A DNA stretch of 50,562 nucleotides, from contig PFVO01000042.1 of the NCBI GenBank assembly GCA_002790655.1, positions 1-50,562 on the forward strand. Direction: 5' to 3'. Below the pieces are notes generated by a model. The model saw only the letters and a program-made list of their open reading frames with translations. It searched no databases and was not told the DNA's origin. Origin of the DNA: Candidatus Moranbacteria bacterium CG_4_9_14_3_um_filter_44_28. Lineage in GTDB: Bacteria > Patescibacteriota > Minisyncoccia > Moranbacterales > UBA11712. Positions 45,529-50,562 of this stretch are shown one piece after another; the stretch's first letter is position 1, and every line of letters begins with the position of its first letter. Both the position numbers and the translations under genes were made by a program.

Positions 45529-46409
45529 TGTGATATTTGTTTACTCACGCTGTAATTTGCCGGCTTTTTTCCGTATTGAATGACGGAGATTCCAACCTCG
45601 CCGCTTTCTCCGTCTGTTTCCACGCTTATGTCGGCAAAACTGCCTCTTGCTTTGCTGTCAGTCAGGTTATTGATAACAAAATAATTTATGCCATTTTTTT
45701 TCTCGCTGTAATTGACGGCATGATGTCCGCTGAAGACCGCAACGACATTCCCGTATTTCTCCAAAACGTTCCTCACCGCGTCCGCGCTAAGTATATTAAT
45801 TCTCCAACTGCTTCCTTCCGGAGTCGAGACAGGACTATGATGGGAAAAAACAATTACCGGAAGTTCAGTATTCAGTTGTTCATCAAGCCAGGCAAGCTCT
45901 TTATCGGAAACTCTCCCGTTGGTCTTGTATTCGTCTTCGCCGGAAGCCAGATCATTCGTATCCAGAGTAATTATCCTTGCACCTTTCGTGTCCGTTACTG
46001 AATGATTATAATTGATTCCTAGATTTTCCTGAACTTCTTTTTTGGACAAATGGGATAAATCATGATTGCCGATGCAGTATCTTCTTGGAGCATCAAGACG
46101 CCTGAAGACCCTGTTAATTTCAATCATTTGTTTCTTGGCTTTTTTCTTGCTGACCCCGCTACCAAGAATGTAATCACCGCCCCCAATGACCAAGTCCGGC
46201 TTAAATTGGTTATTGTAATGTGCAACTGCTTGTTTTAAATATTTTTTGGCTTTATGGGGCAGCTTATGGGTGAATTTCTTGTATTTCCCGTATTCCCAAT
46301 CCGTCACAAAGCCGATTTTGAGCGTTTCGGCTCTGGCAAAAGAAAAAAGCGCAAAATTCGCCAGCAAAATGAAGATTATTAAAATAACTTTATTTTTTGT
46401 TTTTGGCAT
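45525..46409 (-). CDS. Secreted calcineurin-like metallophosphoesterase
   Basis: VTDWE, GGD, GNHD, FSHH, SGHH; start reassigned to ATG 46409 (TGATG coupling). Confidence 0.88.
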   Translation of the reverse strand: MPKTKNKVILIIFILLANFALFSFARAETLKIGFVTDWEYGKYKKFTHKLPHKAKKYLKQAVAHYNNQFKPDLVIGGGDYILGSGVSKKKAKKQMIEINRVFRRLDAPRRYCIGNHDLSHLSKKEVQENLGINYNHSVTDTKGARIITLDTNDLASGEDEYKTNGRVSDKELAWLDEQLNTELPVIVFSHHSPVSTPEGSSWRINILSADAVRNVLEKYGNVVAVFSGHHAVNYSEKKNGINYFVINNLTDSKARGSFADISVETDGESGEVGISVIQYGKKPANYSVSKQISQ

Positions 46410-47386
46410 CAGTGGAACTCCCCCTTTCTCTTTTGAATAATATGTCTTTTCTTCAGAAGACCCGGAATATTCCAAATCACGCTTCCCCACGCTCTCAATA
46501 TTACAATCGCCACTCTCGCTTTGCTCTGCCCGCTTACAAATTCCGTCTCCCGTTTCTTTTTTCTGAAAACATTGAAAACTAGCCGGACATAACTCAAAAG
46601 TCTCCAAAACAAAGTCTTTACCATCAATCCGCAGGGATAATTTTTGATAATCGTGAAAAAATAATTCCGGTGAAGATAGTAAGCTTTCATAAGCGATGTT
46701 TTTCCAGCCGTTCCGCTGTGAACGTGATAGACGATCGAGCGCGGGCAATAATATGATTTTAGACCAGCCAGCTTGATTCGCCAAGCCAAATCCACGTCTT
46801 CATAAAAAGCAAAGTGGCCGTTATCAAAATATTCCCCTTTTCTAAATTGCGTCTTTTCCAGCGCTTCCCCCGTAAAAAGCGAGGCTGTCCCGTTCGCGCC
46901 GAAAATTTCTTTTTCTTCGCCGTATTTTTTCCCGCTTTCGCCATATCCTCTGTTATGAGCCGTTCCATCGCGCGTTATATAAATTCCCGCGCAATCGATT
47001 TTATTTTTCTCGAAAAAATTCAGAATTTTCGGCTGGATTGAGCCGGCATCCGGATGCCTTTCAGCACAATTTACCAATTTTTCAACGTATTTTTCGTCCA
47101 ACTTTGTATCATTATTTAAAATAACAACGTACTTTACGTTTTTGTCCTCAAGCGCTTTTTTGATACCTATATTATATCCAAAGCAGAAACCGGTGTTTTT
47201 TTGGAGTTTTATAATTTCCGTTTCCGGATAATTTTTCCCGACGAAATCAACCGAATCGTCTTTTGATCCGTTGTCCACGAAAATTATTTTGAAATTTTTG
47301 TAAGTATGATCTTGAAGCGAGCCAAAACAATCCTTGAGATATTTCTTCCCATTCCAATTGACGATAATTACGGCTATATTAATCAT
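46409..47386 (-). CDS. GT2 family glycosyltransferase
   Basis: IVNWNG, VDNGSKD, LNND, FYEDVDLAWR. Confidence 0.92.
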   Translation of the reverse strand: MINIAVIIVNWNGKKYLKDCFGSLQDHTYKNFKIIFVDNGSKDDSVDFVGKNYPETEIIKLQKNTGFCFGYNIGIKKALEDKNVKYVVILNNDTKLDEKYVEKLVNCAERHPDAGSIQPKILNFFEKNKIDCAGIYITRDGTAHNRGYGESGKKYGEEKEIFGANGTASLFTGEALEKTQFRKGEYFDNGHFAFYEDVDLAWRIKLAGLKSYYCPRSIVYHVHSGTAGKTSLMKAYYLHRNYFFTIIKNYPCGLMVKTLFWRLLSYVRLVFNVFRKKKRETEFVSGQSKARVAIVILRAWGSVIWNIPGLLKKRHIIQKRKGEFH

Positions 47387-47396
47387 AATAAATTTA

Positions 47397-47491
47397 CGAA
47401 AGCGAAAAATAGAATTTCGAGAGTATCGCGTTCTGCCCGACTTTTGTCGGAGCAGGTTAGCCTACTCAAGAAATGCTATTTTTCGCTTTCG
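47397..47491. mobile_element. 95-nt MITE-like inverted-repeat element overlapping a GT stop codon
   Basis: 29-nt arms matching at 26/29; internal hairpin CTGC-CCGAC-TTTT-GTCGG-A-GCAG. Confidence 0.75.
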
Positions 47492-48683
47492 CATCTTGCA
47501 ACCTCGACCGCAGGTAATTATAATATTCGCTGTTGTGGCTGTTTTTCGTTGTGTAGTCCCGCAAAGCTTTTTTTCGAGCTTCCTTGCCCATGCGCTCGCG
47601 CAAGTTTTTATCCAAAATAAGTTTTTCCAGCTTTTCAAGCCATTCTTTGATATCTCTGGCAAGAAAACCATCCTCGCCATCAAAAATTGCCTTACTGAAT
47701 GTCTGATTCCTCACAGCTACTGTCGGAACGCCCAAAATTCCAGCTTCGAAAAACTTGAGCTCTGATTTTGATTCGCAGAACGGATTGTCTTTTTCAAGCG
47801 GAATTATGTTTATATCAACACTCGATATGTTCTTAAAATGTTCTTCTCGAGAAACAAATGGCAGCTTCTCGATTTGATTTTGAAATTTATCGAATTTCTC
47901 GCTGATGTCGAGCGGACCGGCGAGAACCAATTTCACGTTCGGATATTTCTCGAGAATTAGAATCAGCGCGTCCTCGATCGTCGCGAAATTTTTGTCGTGC
48001 CCTTTTGTCCCGGCAAAATATCCTATTCTCAAGCCATTATCTTCTGTCAAAGGCCCAACCTTCCGCATTTTTTCTTTTAGAATTTTATCAGCTACTTCAA
48101 GATCTTTTAGAGACAGTTTGTTTTTTGACACAAAAACTCTTTTCCCATAACTTTCTAAAATTTTTGCAAGATATGTCGTGGTAGTTGTGCAAACTTTCAC
48201 GTACGGATCTTTTAATACTTCCGCCCCGACTCCTTTTTCGTATTGCCTTCGCTCCAGAGCATTCATCTTTTCAAGATGAAACATATACCTGAAATATTTC
48301 GGATTAAAAACCAGATCATCTGTTTCAAAAATAATTTCGCCTTTATTTTTTTTGATTTCCTCTATCAGCTTGGCAATCCCCGGGGTATATAAAATCCGAT
48401 GAAAAATGAAGATTTTGAATTTATCCGCGTACCTCGGGAGAAAAGGATTATCCTGAATCGTCACTGAACATTTGAAACCATGAAGTTCTAATTCTTCTCT
48501 TTGATTGTGCGCTCGATATCTTGCGCTGTCTCCAACCCCAACTGTCACAAACAAAATATCCCCCGGCCGAACCCGGCCGAACTGCGCCAGAAATGATTTC
48601 GCTACCCGCTTCCCGCCGCGAAACAGCCCTTCCTGTTTTAGAGCGCTAATCACTTTTCCGGTTTTTATAATCAGAGTTTTCAT
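47466..48683 (-). CDS. GT-B (GT4-like) glycosyltransferase
   Basis: SARYR, ETDDL, IGYFAGT..H, KSELKFFEAG..GVP. Confidence 0.88.
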   Translation of the reverse strand: MKTLIIKTGKVISALKQEGLFRGGKRVAKSFLAQFGRVRPGDILFVTVGVGDSARYRAHNQREELELHGFKCSVTIQDNPFLPRYADKFKIFIFHRILYTPGIAKLIEEIKKNKGEIIFETDDLVFNPKYFRYMFHLEKMNALERRQYEKGVGAEVLKDPYVKVCTTTTTYLAKILESYGKRVFVSKNKLSLKDLEVADKILKEKMRKVGPLTEDNGLRIGYFAGTKGHDKNFATIEDALILILEKYPNVKLVLAGPLDISEKFDKFQNQIEKLPFVSREEHFKNISSVDINIIPLEKDNPFCESKSELKFFEAGILGVPTVAVRNQTFSKAIFDGEDGFLARDIKEWLEKLEKLILDKNLRERMGKEARKKALRDYTTKNSHNSEYYNYLRSRLQDAKAKNSIS

Positions 48684-49858
48684 CTCACCAGTAATTTGAA
48701 AATTTCAAATAATTTCCGGGCTTCTTTTTCTTCACTCAAATTTTCTAAATCATAATCTACCCTGTCCTCGCTCTCGATATTCGCTAAATTTTTCGCGAAA
48801 TCATTAAATGATTTCAAATAATATCCCTTCTCACCTAATCTTGCCCGATTGAATTCATTTTCAAAACAAATCACCGGAAGACCCGCCGCCATGTAGTTCA
48901 CCAATTTTCCGCTTGATTCGGTTGAATCTTTTTTCGGGTCTATTCCAGCGTTCGCGAGGACGAGATAATGCGGGAGAGAAAAATAATTCACCTTTCCGGC
49001 AAAATATACCAAATCTCCGAGATTATTTTCTTCGATAAATTTTTTATATTTTTCTTCGTCGCTTCCGAAGCCGCCGAGCAGAAGCTTCCAGCCACTATTT
49101 TTCCAAAGCTCGGCTTTTTCCTTCCCCGACTCGTCGGGGAATTCCTCAAAGCCAAGCTTTTTAAAAGCTTCGAGTAAATTTCCAACCCCCTTATTATCGC
49201 TCAATCCGCCGACATAGACCAGCAGCTTGCTGTTCCCGGCCCATTCTTTTATTTTCTTGATTTTTTCCTGCTCTTCTTTCGATAAATTTTGCGTATTTTT
49301 AAATAAATCCATGTCTACCCCGTCCTTTATTACAGTTGTAGGTGTCGGACACCTACAAATAACATTTTCACTGCTAACCACAACTCTATCCGCCCAGTGA
49401 ATAATTCTTTTCGAAAACCAAACAAAAAATTTTCGGGCAACGGAATTTTTTCGGCTATAGCTCGCAAATTCTTCATCAATATTCCCCTGCAGATCAAAAA
49501 TGATTGGAATATTTTTTCGGCAGGCCAGTTTTTTGGCCAGATATCCGACTGCCAGTCCTTCGTAAAGATGCATGTGAATCAAGTCCGGCTGGAAATTCCT
49601 GATTTCCCGCCACGCCAAAAAAAGAAGTTTGAAATCAAGCCAAAGTTTCCCCCACGAAAATCCAGACGTTGTTTTTTTGTACCATTTCGGACCTTTTATC
49701 CTCGCGATATCAAGTCCGGGAACATTTTCGCCGATATGATAAGTACAAAGGCGCATCCGCGCGCCCAGTTTTTGCAAATATTTGGCTTCGTTATAGATTC
49801 TTATATGACAGCCGCGGTCAGAAAAAAAAGGCGTCGCGGCGATGGTCAATATTTTCAT
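48680..49858 (-). CDS. GT4 family glycosyltransferase
   Basis: DRGCHIRI, YVGGL...KG, GKLVNYMAAGLP; start ATG 49858. Confidence 0.9.
   Translation of the reverse strand: MKILTIAATPFFSDRGCHIRIYNEAKYLQKLGARMRLCTYHIGENVPGLDIARIKGPKWYKKTTSGFSWGKLWLDFKLLFLAWREIRNFQPDLIHMHLYEGLAVGYLAKKLACRKNIPIIFDLQGNIDEEFASYSRKNSVARKFFVWFSKRIIHWADRVVVSSENVICRCPTPTTVIKDGVDMDLFKNTQNLSKEEQEKIKKIKEWAGNSKLLVYVGGLSDNKGVGNLLEAFKKLGFEEFPDESGKEKAELWKNSGWKLLLGGFGSDEEKYKKFIEENNLGDLVYFAGKVNYFSLPHYLVLANAGIDPKKDSTESSGKLVNYMAAGLPVICFENEFNRARLGEKGYYLKSFNDFAKNLANIESEDRVDYDLENLSEEKEARKLFEIFKLLVR
49336..49358. mobile_element. 23-nt palindrome within the GT4 gene
   Basis: TTGTAGGTGTC-G-GACACCTACAA; reads as CRCPTPT. Confidence 0.7.
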
Positions 49859-49859
49859 G

Positions 49860-49910
49860 AATGTAAAATGCAAATCTCAAAATTAAAAATGACAATGTAA
49901 ATTGTCAAAA
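49860..49910 (+). repeat. AAAATNN heptamer motif with TGACAA core, downstream flank of the four-helix-bundle gene
   Basis: AAAATGC AAATCTC AAAATTA AAAATGACAATG. Confidence 0.7.
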
Positions 49911-50282
49911 TTATTTCTTTTCTTTTAAAGTTATGATGCCCTTAGCAATAACATTTGATATTTCGACTAATTCTTGTAATAACCAGCTCAATTCTTTTTG
50001 ATCTCCCTTCCCAGTATCTCGCAAAAGAGCTAGCCATACTTTCGATTCATTCGCTGATTTCAGAGAATGAGTGAAAAAATTTATAAAATCCTTTTTTGAA
50101 CTTGCTGAATTTGCTTCGATATAATTAGCCAGAATACTTGTCCCGCTTCTTAACAATTGCTTTCCCATAACATCACATACGGAATTCTTGGGAAGTTTAT
50201 CTATAAATTTAATCAGTCTCAAAACAAAATTGTATAATCTTTTTTTAAATTCATTTTTAAATTTTGCCTTGTCATTTTCCAT
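49911..50282 (-). CDS. Four helix bundle protein (23S rRNA intervening-sequence protein family)
   Basis: QLLRSGTSI.AN..EA, S.KDF, KSANES..WL. Confidence 0.92.
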   Translation of the reverse strand: MENDKAKFKNEFKKRLYNFVLRLIKFIDKLPKNSVCDVMGKQLLRSGTSILANYIEANSASSKKDFINFFTHSLKSANESKVWLALLRDTGKGDQKELSWLLQELVEISNVIAKGIITLKEKK

Positions 50283-50306
50283 TTTGATTTTTTCATTTTC
50301 AATTTT
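50255..50306 (-). repeat. AAAATNN heptamer motif with TGACAA core, upstream flank containing the start codon
   Basis: Minus strand reads AAAATTGAAAATGAAAAAATCAAAATGGAAAATGACAAGGCAAAATTTAAAA. Confidence 0.8.
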
Positions 50307-50562
50307 TTATGATTTCTCTTATCTTATAATTCATCTTCCCCTGCGACTTGTAATAGTTTTTCACCGCGATATCGGCCAGAAGTCCGAAAACAAAAAGCTG
50401 AATTCCCATGAGCACCAAAAACACGGCGACAAGCGGCCAGATTTTATTTGAGAGCGGAACGTTATAAAAAACTCGCGCGGTTATAAGTCCGGCGCCCGAA
50501 ACCACGCCCAGAAAGAAAATAATTAACCCTCCCGCCCCAAACAAATGCAAAGGACGGTTGGC
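50299..50562 (-). CDS. C-terminal TM part of an ArnC/GtrB-like GT2, truncated by the window edge
   Basis: RPLHLFG...GIQLFVFGLLAD, resembling the C-terminus of the GT2 at 18214-19164. Confidence 0.75.
   Translation of the reverse strand, partial: ANRPLHLFGAGGLIIFFLGVVSGAGLITARVFYNVPLSNKIWPLVAVFLVLMGIQLFVFGLLADIAVKNYYKSQGKMNYKIREIIKN

Noticed and set aside
46410..46784. N-terminal extensions in the ORF track (metallophosphoesterase, Memo B, iscU, RecB-like, 14896-15360)
   Set aside because: They overlap neighbouring genes or elements; downstream ATGs give coupled starts and proper domain boundaries
49911..50282. Four-helix-bundle gene as the Avd of a diversity-generating retroelement or as a 23S rRNA IVS
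   Set aside because: No reverse transcriptase, TR/VR pair or rRNA sequence is seen in the window; the gene is flanked by glycosyltransferases
1..50562. Alternative genetic code (TGA read as Gly, as in some CPR lineages)
   Set aside because: Conserved genes such as glyA, iscS and rpmA end at TGA at the expected positions and ORFs are uninterrupted under code 11

Overview
Gene-dense, AT-rich bacterial chromosome segment using genetic code 11. Gene content and style suggest a reduced Patescibacteria/CPR (Parcubacteria-like) genome; this is an inference. It carries housekeeping genes (groES, fmt-def-priA, glyA-folD, ctpA, rplI, pyrG, rpmA, iscS-iscU, gltX), an AmmeMemoRadiSam three-gene system, and two large surface-glycosylation clusters (about 9.8-26.1 kb and 38.1-50.6 kb). 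No rRNA, tRNA, CRISPR array or transposase was seen. The main unexplained signal is a set of short palindromic elements from several families inserted in frame inside otherwise intact genes: folD, tmk, rtcB (twice, one nested), an O-antigen-ligase-like gene, iscU, thpR (twice), a GT-C gene and two GT4 genes. Related copies also occur between genes. One family (CCCC...GGGG) shows a TTYA flank, no target duplication and frame-preserving lengths. A second signal is a four-helix-bundle gene bracketed by inverted 7-nt-periodic repeats, with solo or empty 7-nt-periodic elements elsewhere in the window. All counts and alignments were done by eye.
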